Below are positions 1-7,817 of a stretch of 36,402 nucleotides of DNA, in pieces. The stretch covers positions 1 through 36,402 of the IMG/VR virus record IMGVR_UViG_3300031949_000108. One strand, given 5' to 3'. The notes beneath the pieces are model-generated. The model was given only the letters and a program-made list of their open reading frames with translations, made no database searches and was not told where the DNA came from. Every line of letters begins with the position of its first letter. The first letter of the stretch is position 1. The translations under genes were made by a program, and so were the position numbers. Origin of the DNA: a virus (taxonomy: Duplodnaviria > Caudoviricetes).

Positions 1-1514
1 ATTGAACCCTTTGCATTGCTTTCAAAGACAAGACCATCTAGCGCTATGTCACCACTAACGTGCTGAGTTCCGCCGGGGCAGGTTGGATAGTTATTGTCAA
101 AGATTTGAGCTGTGATCTTGATACCAGCACCACCTGTAGTGTTGAAAATGCGAATGCGCTCAAAAGTCGATTTTTGTAAGACTGGATTGTCAAGTGGGCC
201 GGCTGAGCAAGCGCCAGCAAGATTATACTGCCCAGCTAGAATTGCATTTTGTGTCATACTTTCGATGTTAATGTCGCGGAAGGTATGACTCTCATTCTGC
301 CCGCGCATGTAAATACCAACGGTTGAGTCGGCAAGGGTGAGCCGCTCAAAAACCCCGTGAAGGGCGTTATCAAGAACTAGCGCATACCGACAGTTCTTTA
401 GTGTCAAGTCAGCAATGTAGAGACCAGTGGCAGACTCCTCAGACTCATCGCCTAATTCAAAACAGTCAGTGTTCGCAGTAGTTTGTTCAATGATCGTCGC
501 ACTTGGCCCCTGCCCAGTCAGGTGTACTGCTACATTCGCTGACCCCATGTCGAAGAAAATCAGGTCGGAGATTTTACATGTACCGACAGGCAATTGAAGC
601 CATCCACCTCCGGCGTCAACAGCGTCGAGAATCGCTAGTTGGATAGCGGCCCAGTCATCGGTAACCCCATCGCAAGCCGCTGGGATAAGGATAGGGGGTT
701 TTTCTGGGAAGCATGTAAGGCGCCCCTCAACGCCGCCCCCAATTTGAGCGCAGCCTTCAAGGGCTGGTATACGCACAGTTGCATCCGTGGCACATATTTC
801 AAACACTAATGTAGGGCCATCAGCCTCTACATCAGTCGAAATATTGTAACAGATAGGTAGGTAGTTTTCAGCTGCGGCCTCATCCATAAAAACGTCTATT
901 ACAAGCCCGTCGTTTAATGCGTCCTCTCCGTCATCTACAAAGAAGTTTTGGGTCCAAAGAGATTGGTTATCTGGTAGCGGTGAGGGCCCTGGAATCTCAC
1001 GGACTACATTGAATACACTTTTGTCAGCGTAAGCCGTAGCATCTGATCGCTGTGTTATTGTAGTAGTCCCGCCCGAAATGAAATCTGCACCGCTGCTACT
1101 ATCTCCGACCGCCCCGATGGCGAGCTTATTAGCCGCCGCATAGTAAGTAAAACTTGGGTCAGTCTCAAATGCTCCACTAGTGTTAAAAAATACCTCAGTC
1201 TCTGCCCCTGGGATGTCTATACAGCTAGGGTGCCCCCATTGATTCACGCCGATTGCATACTGCGTATTTGCATCGCACTCTGGGGGATCAAAGCATAGCC
1301 GATTAACACAAGGATGCTCGTGGCACTCCGCAGTCCCCACTTCCCCACCACTCAACCAGCTCCAGCCAAAGCGGTTCCCTTGGTAGGTAGGGCATTGGCC
1401 AATCTGAGGTGAGCTACCGGGAGCGTGCAACTCTTCTGGGGTGATTGTTTCCGCAAACACAGGGTTTCCCAGGCAGAGAAACAGGGCTATTAAGGAAGTA
1501 ATTAGGTGTCTCAT
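1..1514 (-). CDS. Tailspike/depolymerase-like protein with signal peptide and right-handed beta-helix (pectate_lyase_3-like); 3' end lies outside the window, >504 aa
   Basis: Missing from the ORF track and translated by hand. ATG at 1514 overlaps the upstream stop (ATGA) and the frame is open to the window edge. N-terminus MRHLITSLIALFLCLGNPVFA|ETI looks like a signal peptide. It contains CDGVTDDWAAIQLAILDAVDAGGGWLQLPVGTCKIS...VHLTGQGPSATII, the typical beta-helix cap motif. Confidence 0.8.
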   Translation of the reverse strand, partial: MRHLITSLIALFLCLGNPVFAETITPEELHAPGSSPQIGQCPTYQGNRFGWSWLSGGEVGTAECHEHPCVNRLCFDPPECDANTQYAIGVNQWGHPSCIDIPGAETEVFFNTSGAFETDPSFTYYAAANKLAIGAVGDSSSGADFISGGTTTITQRSDATAYADKSVFNVVREIPGPSPLPDNQSLWTQNFFVDDGEDALNDGLVIDVFMDEAAAENYLPICYNISTDVEADGPTLVFEICATDATVRIPALEGCAQIGGGVEGRLTCFPEKPPILIPAACDGVTDDWAAIQLAILDAVDAGGGWLQLPVGTCKISDLIFFDMGSANVAVHLTGQGPSATIIEQTTANTDCFELGDESEESATGLYIADLTLKNCRYALVLDNALHGVFERLTLADSTVGIYMRGQNESHTFRDINIESMTQNAILAGQYNLAGACSAGPLDNPVLQKSTFERIRIFNTTGGAGIKITAQIFDNNYPTCPGGTQHVSGDIALDGLVFESNAKGS

Positions 1515-4500
1515 GGGGTCACCGTCACCGTAGGAGTTGGTGTAGCACACCCAACCATATTTTCATAGGTACAAAGAGTTTGGAGGTTGCAAGTAGGCGT
1601 GGTCGTAAGAGTAGGAGAAGCCATAGGCGTATAGGTAGGGGTTATAGTGATAGTAGGTGTAGGAGTTTTGGTAGCGTAGGTAACTGTGGGCGTGGGCGTG
1701 GGTGTCTTAGAGCCACCGCCGGGGGTAAACGTGGGGGTAGCGGTAGGGGTTGGGGTCGTGACTGTCTCGCAGTCCGGTAAAGTAAAGCTTTGTGTGTCCG
1801 TAGCTACGCCAGCGGTGGCCGTGAAGCTACCAACCTCACCTTGGGACGCATAAGGCCACTCGACGCAGGTAGTAGCGACGCCGGGCTGTTGGAGCACCTC
1901 ACCACACACGGCATCCCAGCTGTAATCGTGGAGGTCACAGCAGCAGTAACCGCACTCAGCAAAGGTCATATTTGTACAGGCGGTGACAGTTGGAATACCC
2001 TTCGCGGGGTCATCGTTGGTGAGGAACGTGACTTCTGTACCGTCGATCACTGGGTTCCCAAGGGAGTCGCTGACAAGAGCAGCCATCACCCCTCGACAAT
2101 ACCCGTCGCCTTTTGGCACAGCGCAAGCCTCGTTCATAACCAGGGTCAGGTTGGCGGGAGCGCCGGGTGTAGCTGTGGGCGTGGGAGTAGGCGTTATAGT
2201 AGGGGTAGGGGTAGTAGTGGGCGTGGGTGTCGGAAGTGCCTCAACCCTGAGCGCAACGGACCAGCGCGCACCACCTGTACCAGCAGGCCCGTTTACAGGC
2301 AACGCCATCATTTGAAAGCACCCTGGCGCGGACATAGTGTATAAAACAGGTAGGTCCTCAAAGTCACACTGCGTCTCACTACCACCTATGGCGCAAAGAG
2401 CATAAGTCTGCTCTAAAGGGACACCATTACAATTCTGCCCAGGTAGTAAAGGCCACGTATTAGACGAAAAGTTTACATAAACCCGCCATTGCTTCCCTGC
2501 CCCTGGGGGATTCGCCAGCGTCACGAAACCAGAGGCCCCGTTACCTTTGGGACGAAGACCGGGTGGGAAGAGCCATCGAGCCCCGCTAAATGTAGAACTA
2601 GCTGAAGACGTGCGCCCCATATAGAACGCACTTGAGCGGCTAGTTGTGTCGCTACCCCACCAAGTAGGGCGCCCTCCCCGAAAAGGCGGGTCAGTATCTG
2701 TGCTCGCAGCGATAGCCCATGTAATGGGGGCGCCGGTAGTATCTGGGGCCATACAGACATTAGCAGGACAATAATCTTCCTCACCACAACCATCACCACA
2801 ATCAACGGGGCAAGTAATCCCGGAGCAAGGCGCGTTGGGAGTGCAGCCAGATTGGCAGCGTCTTTGTGTTTCCAGCCCCATATCTATATCTCCACCACGC
2901 GCCGGCCCAGGGCTATAAGGGCCAGCAAAAAGATTCTTTTGGCCTCCAGAGATGCCCCCACTGTTCCACACACCTTTATAAGGGTTACTTTGTGTTGGCG
3001 GGAGAGAGAGAATTATTGCTACTAAATATGCCCCAATTGGATCGTGAACATCCCATGCTGTGCGAATATTTGGAGTAAGAAAAGTGCTCGTATCACCGAA
3101 CCAGAATGTGTTGCCTGTTTCCCCTCCTGAACCTGCCGCGCCAAACTTATCCGGTATGAAATGAGGAATACCCTCACGGTAAGCATCTTCGCAGTAGATG
3201 ATGGAAGTCGTGTCACCAGGATTACTAGGAGCACCAGTGGGCATCAAGCGATGCTGGAAGCAGGAGTTAGCGGCGATGCCCACTCCCGCGTTAAGTAAAC
3301 GGAGATCGGCCACAGGCCAAGAACAGCTCCTACTAGCGCCATTTATAGTACAGAGTGTTCCCGTTGTCACTTGTGAGCCCGCTGCATCAGCGCAGTTTTG
3401 CCCACTGGTAAGAGCACTTTCGTTGTAAAGCAGCTCTACAGTCCAACTCTTTCCAGTGGCTCCAGGCACGTTGCTGATAGTCGTGACGCCTCGACATTCC
3501 TTGAAGTTTTGTAGTGAAATCCACCACGGCGCATCACCAGTGCCTGGCATCGCTCGATCATCATCAGCACGCCGGCCAATGTAACCCACGGTGCCCGCAG
3601 CAATACTGTTGCCCTGGCCGAAGAAGATAGCTCCACCATCGATGGGAGTGGCTGTAACTGTCGGCGCCCCGGTAGGCGTAATGGTAAGGGTAGGAGTAAC
3701 GGTTTCAGTGGGTGTCGGAGTAAGTGTAGGAGTAGGCGTAGCTGTTAAGGTAGGCGTTGGGGTAGTAGTAGGGATAGCTTCCAAACACTCCCAGCCCCAC
3801 GTAGTATCTCCCCAATTTGTAGTACCTGGTTGGTCTAAGACAAGGTAGGTACACCCACCTTTTACCGCAGGAACCGACAAGTTGCTGAAGACACAGCTTT
3901 TATCACTTGGAGCAAGTGTACATGCTAGCACTTCTGTATAAGAAAGGTCTTCGCAACTCTGCGAGTCCGTTAGGGCGGCAGTGCTATACCCAACATGCAA
4001 TGTTCGAGAATTTGCCGCGTCTATAGTGCTAAAGGTGACGAAACCTGAACATGTAGTCGTAGCGTAAGGGACAATAGGAAATTGGGTTTTTTGCTCGGCT
4101 ACTGTCGTTAGATTAGAACCGCCAAGATAAACAAAGTGGTCAGTTTGAATGTTGCTGCCTCCGTTGTTAGCTGACCAAAAAGCAGCGCCAGCTCCATAGG
4201 TAGGAACATTGTCTCCACTACAAGTGAGATTATAAGTCTCGTTTTGAGCGCCTGTAACCGCTGTACCCTCATCCATTATATAGCCGAAGCAGTACCCAGC
4301 AGGGATGTCTATTGTATTGTCAATAGGGAAGTCACAGCTAAGGTTGGATGGCCCACTAATACCACAGTTATCAGTGTGTGGAGTAGTGTAAGAGAGGTTG
4401 CTGCATTGCTGGGTATTTGTAAGAGCGGTTGTACTAACACGTAGGTCTATAGTCCAACCGCCGCCTGGAGGGACACCTACTGCAAACATACCCTTGCAAG

Positions 4501-5152
4501 CTTCTATAGAGCGGGGAGCGACCCAAAGGTTTCGGTTAGCGGATGAGGCTAACGCTGTGTCTCCGACATAGGTATCAGTCGCTGTGTTGTACGTGACAGC
4601 ACGACTAAGTTGCATTAGCCCATCGCCACCTGCGTCGTCGCAGGAAAGCATTGCGGTTACGTCTCCTGTGGCAGCTTGTGATGTGCCATTAGCTGTTACT
4701 TTGTACTGTAGGCAGGAGTTAGCCGCTGCTCCTACAAGATTCTCGAAGGTAGAAAGATCAGTGGTAAAGTTGCAGCTCTTATTACCTTCGTCTATAGAAC
4801 AAAGGGTTCCTGTATTAGTGTAGATAGCGAGAGAAGGCGTGTGGCAAGCGTTGGCCGTGATAAGTGGGCTCTCGGCAAAGTTCAGCGACACGTCCCATTG
4901 GCCGTTACCGGCGCCGGGAGCGCTTTCTAAGCTGACGGCGCCGTAGCAGTTATCAGGGAATGCCTCGGTGGTCTGCCAGAAGGTGGTATTGGTCGCTTGG
5001 GTAGTTGACGCCTCACGACCAGCGTAGAAGGTAGCTGTAAAGTTACCGGATTGCTGGGACCCGTGGAATACAGCTGCGCCATCTGCTACTGACCAAGCGG
5101 GCGTGGGGGTGAGAAGTAGTAGCGCTGCCGCTATTAGTGCTTTTAGTTTCAT
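1511..5152 (-). CDS. 1213-aa Cys-rich multidomain protein: signal peptide, about 6 tandem ~145-aa beta domains, Pro/Thr linkers and a Big_1/invasin-like Ig domain; putative adhesin or receptor-binding protein
   Basis: N-terminus MKLKALIAAALLLLTPTPAWS. Recurring pattern C.G.v.l...PG.G..W.v.l......C.....lC.i.....C.f. Three TPTPT tracts. ALVSDSLGNPVIDGTEVTF matches the Big_1 signature. Confidence 0.75.
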   Translation of the reverse strand: MKLKALIAAALLLLTPTPAWSVADGAAVFHGSQQSGNFTATFYAGREASTTQATNTTFWQTTEAFPDNCYGAVSLESAPGAGNGQWDVSLNFAESPLITANACHTPSLAIYTNTGTLCSIDEGNKSCNFTTDLSTFENLVGAAANSCLQYKVTANGTSQAATGDVTAMLSCDDAGGDGLMQLSRAVTYNTATDTYVGDTALASSANRNLWVAPRSIEACKGMFAVGVPPGGGWTIDLRVSTTALTNTQQCSNLSYTTPHTDNCGISGPSNLSCDFPIDNTIDIPAGYCFGYIMDEGTAVTGAQNETYNLTCSGDNVPTYGAGAAFWSANNGGSNIQTDHFVYLGGSNLTTVAEQKTQFPIVPYATTTCSGFVTFSTIDAANSRTLHVGYSTAALTDSQSCEDLSYTEVLACTLAPSDKSCVFSNLSVPAVKGGCTYLVLDQPGTTNWGDTTWGWECLEAIPTTTPTPTLTATPTPTLTPTPTETVTPTLTITPTGAPTVTATPIDGGAIFFGQGNSIAAGTVGYIGRRADDDRAMPGTGDAPWWISLQNFKECRGVTTISNVPGATGKSWTVELLYNESALTSGQNCADAAGSQVTTGTLCTINGASRSCSWPVADLRLLNAGVGIAANSCFQHRLMPTGAPSNPGDTTSIIYCEDAYREGIPHFIPDKFGAAGSGGETGNTFWFGDTSTFLTPNIRTAWDVHDPIGAYLVAIILSLPPTQSNPYKGVWNSGGISGGQKNLFAGPYSPGPARGGDIDMGLETQRRCQSGCTPNAPCSGITCPVDCGDGCGEEDYCPANVCMAPDTTGAPITWAIAASTDTDPPFRGGRPTWWGSDTTSRSSAFYMGRTSSASSTFSGARWLFPPGLRPKGNGASGFVTLANPPGAGKQWRVYVNFSSNTWPLLPGQNCNGVPLEQTYALCAIGGSETQCDFEDLPVLYTMSAPGCFQMMALPVNGPAGTGGARWSVALRVEALPTPTPTTTPTPTITPTPTPTATPGAPANLTLVMNEACAVPKGDGYCRGVMAALVSDSLGNPVIDGTEVTFLTNDDPAKGIPTVTACTNMTFAECGYCCCDLHDYSWDAVCGEVLQQPGVATTCVEWPYASQGEVGSFTATAGVATDTQSFTLPDCETVTTPTPTATPTFTPGGGSKTPTPTPTVTYATKTPTPTITITPTYTPMASPTLTTTPTCNLQTLCTYENMVGCATPTPTVTVTP

Positions 5153-5155
5153 CCA

Positions 5156-5704
5156 CTACCGGCGTTGACCTGTGGTAGGCTTACCAAAAGGGCCACCACT
5201 TGCCCATGAAATGGGGTTGAAGAAACCTGGAACACCTGCTGACGTACCTTGCCCTGGCGGCCCATATCTCTGGAGAATACTACCTGGTATTGGCGCTGCT
5301 GGCGTTTTGTCAAGTAGCTTTCCACCTGGCGCTGGAGGCGCGTTGGGGACGATGTCGGGCTGTTGTAACATTCCGCCACTAGGAGGAGGAGGGGGAGCTA
5401 TATCTAGCTGGCGAGTTGTATCAATCGGGCGCCCTCCAATAGGTAAAGGTTGTAGCGTAGGACCAGGCTGAGGCTGGCCAGTAATGCCACCTGGCCCCGG
5501 AGGCCGGTCGTATGGTAGCGCACCTGGTCTTGGCTTAGGCGGTGGGACATAATCGGGGCCGCCACCACTAGGCCTAGGGGGAATAAAGGGCTTGGGGCGC
5601 CCTGATGTACCAGTAGGGGTAGCTCCAAACACGTTACGAAGGCTTTGGCCTACCTGTCCGCCACCTGACGTTGACTGTATACCTACTCTACTTGATGTTG
5701 CCAT
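5156..5704 (-). CDS. Pro/Gly-rich low-complexity protein, possibly an internal virion protein
   Basis: 182 aa, AAGGAG SD upstream, in the tail operon next to an ejection-like protein. Confidence 0.6.
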   Translation of the reverse strand: MATSSRVGIQSTSGGGQVGQSLRNVFGATPTGTSGRPKPFIPPRPSGGGPDYVPPPKPRPGALPYDRPPGPGGITGQPQPGPTLQPLPIGGRPIDTTRQLDIAPPPPPSGGMLQQPDIVPNAPPAPGGKLLDKTPAAPIPGSILQRYGPPGQGTSAGVPGFFNPISWASGGPFGKPTTGQRR

Positions 5705-5717
5705 TAGCTAGTCTCCT

Positions 5718-6662
5718 TTAGCCTATCCCAGGTGGGTTGTACCTATTGCGCTCGATAGCCTCTTGAGAGCCGGGCTCTGGCGCCCTAGAAGCCTGGGTAA
5801 CGTTGAACTGACGAGCTTCCTCAGCTAATCTTGCCATCTGCGCTACGAAGCTCATCTGAACAGACTCCGACATTTGCTGATAGCGTGCAGCGTCGATTCG
5901 CTGGCTCTGGAACTGGGAGTCTAGCTCGGCTTGCAAGCGCTGGGCCTCAGACTTAGCTCCAGCGTAGGCTTGGTGCGCTTGTGTAGCTAAGCCCATGTGC
6001 TCAAGTTGCATCATAGCTTGCTGCGTGTGGTACTGGGCGGTGCGGTCGGCGTTAGCCATGTTTTCTTGCACATTTGCACGATTATACTCGGTGATAAGCT
6101 GAGTAGCCGCGCCCTTAGCTATACCGTAGCCTTCTAGGGCCTGTTCTCTAATTGCGGAGCTAGCACTGAAGCCAGCCTGAGCTACAGCCTTCATACGCTC
6201 GCTTTCAGCTTGCTTAGCCCTAGCGTTGAAGCCGCCAGTGTAACCTGCTCTAGAAGCGGCTTCGGAGCCCATACGCCGCTGCTCTCCTACCGCAGCAGCG
6301 GTCGTCTCACCGGCCAGGGACATAATGTCCTTAAAGCCTTGACTTTCAGTAGGGGCGTTGTACTCCCCGCGAAAGCGGTTGACATCAGCGCCTGCCTCGT
6401 CAATACCTTCGCGGCTAGCGGCATAAGTCTGCGGAGGAGGTGCTATCGTAGGGGCCGGGCCTAGGCCACCGAGGTAGTCACCTAGGCTAGGCATTCCTAC
6501 CTTAGAGCGCTGAGGCGTAGCCCCGCCCTCGAAGGCGCCTCCTCGGGTGAGGTTACTAAGGCTCCCGCCAGGCGCGAAAAGGTTAGCGTTTTTACGGATT
6601 TGCTCTGCCTCGGGGCTAGGGCCTCTAGGCGTAGTTGGGACTCTAAATCCAGGTACAGGCAT
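5718..6662 (-). CDS. Putative internal virion/DNA ejection protein
   Basis: 314 aa, Ala/Gln/Gly-rich and helical-looking; lies downstream of the nozzle genes, as ejection genes do in podoviruses. Confidence 0.55.
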   Translation of the reverse strand: MPVPGFRVPTTPRGPSPEAEQIRKNANLFAPGGSLSNLTRGGAFEGGATPQRSKVGMPSLGDYLGGLGPAPTIAPPPQTYAASREGIDEAGADVNRFRGEYNAPTESQGFKDIMSLAGETTAAAVGEQRRMGSEAASRAGYTGGFNARAKQAESERMKAVAQAGFSASSAIREQALEGYGIAKGAATQLITEYNRANVQENMANADRTAQYHTQQAMMQLEHMGLATQAHQAYAGAKSEAQRLQAELDSQFQSQRIDAARYQQMSESVQMSFVAQMARLAEEARQFNVTQASRAPEPGSQEAIERNRYNPPGIG

Positions 6663-6665
6663 CTT

Positions 6666-7109
6666 TTACCCCCTACTCTTATACACTACAATTAAAGCAT
6701 CTGCTACCACTGGTGCTGATCCTACCACAATAGTGCTAGGGTTGTCAAAGCTAAAAAAGTACCCTTCTACAGGCGGGGGATTGTTTGAGCTACGCTCTAA
6801 TACTATGGTCCTATTACCAGCTGTATCTCCCCATATAACACATACTTGCTGCCCTGCAACCTCGCCGCTGAGGCCAAAAGTCTTGTTGCCGCCGTCGAAG
6901 ACACCTATTGGAGGGGGGTTGTCAATAGTAAGAACGTCGGCGTCTTGGCGTGGAGTGCCCGCGTTAATAAGCTTTTTGGCAGCGAAGGACAAGGCCCTAG
7001 TGTTACCACCGTAGCGTCGGCGCTCCTCGCTAAGGTCAATACCTTGCTCTTTTGCACGAACGAAGACCTTGTTGTGACGTGCTCTTACTATCTCTCTGCT
7101 AGTAGTCAT
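6666..7109 (-). CDS. Small tail/virion protein
   Basis: 147 aa, ATGA-coupled to the upstream gene; GVFDGGNKTFGLS...GSAPVVADALIVVY resembles small beta domains of phage tail proteins. Confidence 0.55.
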   Translation of the reverse strand: MTTSREIVRARHNKVFVRAKEQGIDLSEERRRYGGNTRALSFAAKKLINAGTPRQDADVLTIDNPPPIGVFDGGNKTFGLSGEVAGQQVCVIWGDTAGNRTIVLERSSNNPPPVEGYFFSFDNPSTIVVGSAPVVADALIVVYKSRG

Positions 7110-7786
7110 TGTGCTTTCTTACTCTGGGCTAAGCGCCTACCAAGCGACTGCCAGATAGCTTCCCAGTGCTCTATGTGGATAGGCTCGTTAGCAGCATGTT
7201 CAAGGCGGACAATAAAGGAGCGGCCTTTGACGTTGACTCGGGCGCGCATGCGCCTTGAGCCGGCTCTAGTCACGATTACGTAAGTGCCATCTTCGTTTTC
7301 CCACTCACCGACGCTTATACGCCACTTGGAGAGAGTAGATTGTGAGGCATCCCTAAGCGAGAACTGGAACTCCAAAAAGCGCTTCAAGTCTTTTAGGTCA
7401 TACTCTGCTTTACCTGTACTCTCCTCGTTAAAGGGAATGGGGCCTATTGTAATCATGCGGTAGATTGGGACGTAGGCGTTGTGCAGCCACTCGTCTCGAT
7501 AAGCCTTGGGGTCAAGGTAGTATACACGGTCTACAATAGCGCAGCAAATCAGGTCATCGCCATTATCATCATCGGTCTGTGTAACGAAGGTGGAGGGAAT
7601 ATCACCAAGGGACCACGCTCCGTGCTGGTTACCAAGCTCCTCATCACCGGGGAGAGGGGAAAGGTCCATGGAGTAAATGAAGTTAGCCCAGCGGTCAGCT
7701 ATAGCATCAGGGTTAGCACGCTTAGGCCGCTTTGGGATAATGGGCGGCTGGTCTTCGTAGAAGTCTTCGCAGGGTATAAGGTTCAT
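7106..7786 (-). CDS. C-terminal part of a tail nozzle/stabilisation protein (P22 gp10 / T7 gp12-like); start uncertain (ATG 7786, or entry by frameshift)
   Basis: FIYSMDLS...GAWSLGD...DRVYYLD...KRFLEFQF...RVNVKGRSFIVRLEH resembles the last propeller blades and C-terminal sandwich of nozzle proteins. No SD before the ATG. Confidence 0.55.
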   Translation of the reverse strand: MNLIPCEDFYEDQPPIIPKRPKRANPDAIADRWANFIYSMDLSPLPGDEELGNQHGAWSLGDIPSTFVTQTDDDNGDDLICCAIVDRVYYLDPKAYRDEWLHNAYVPIYRMITIGPIPFNEESTGKAEYDLKDLKRFLEFQFSLRDASQSTLSKWRISVGEWENEDGTYVIVTRAGSRRMRARVNVKGRSFIVRLEHAANEPIHIEHWEAIWQSLGRRLAQSKKAQ

Positions 7787-7817
7787 GGTTATATCACAAT
7801 TATTAGTTAGTCGTAAA

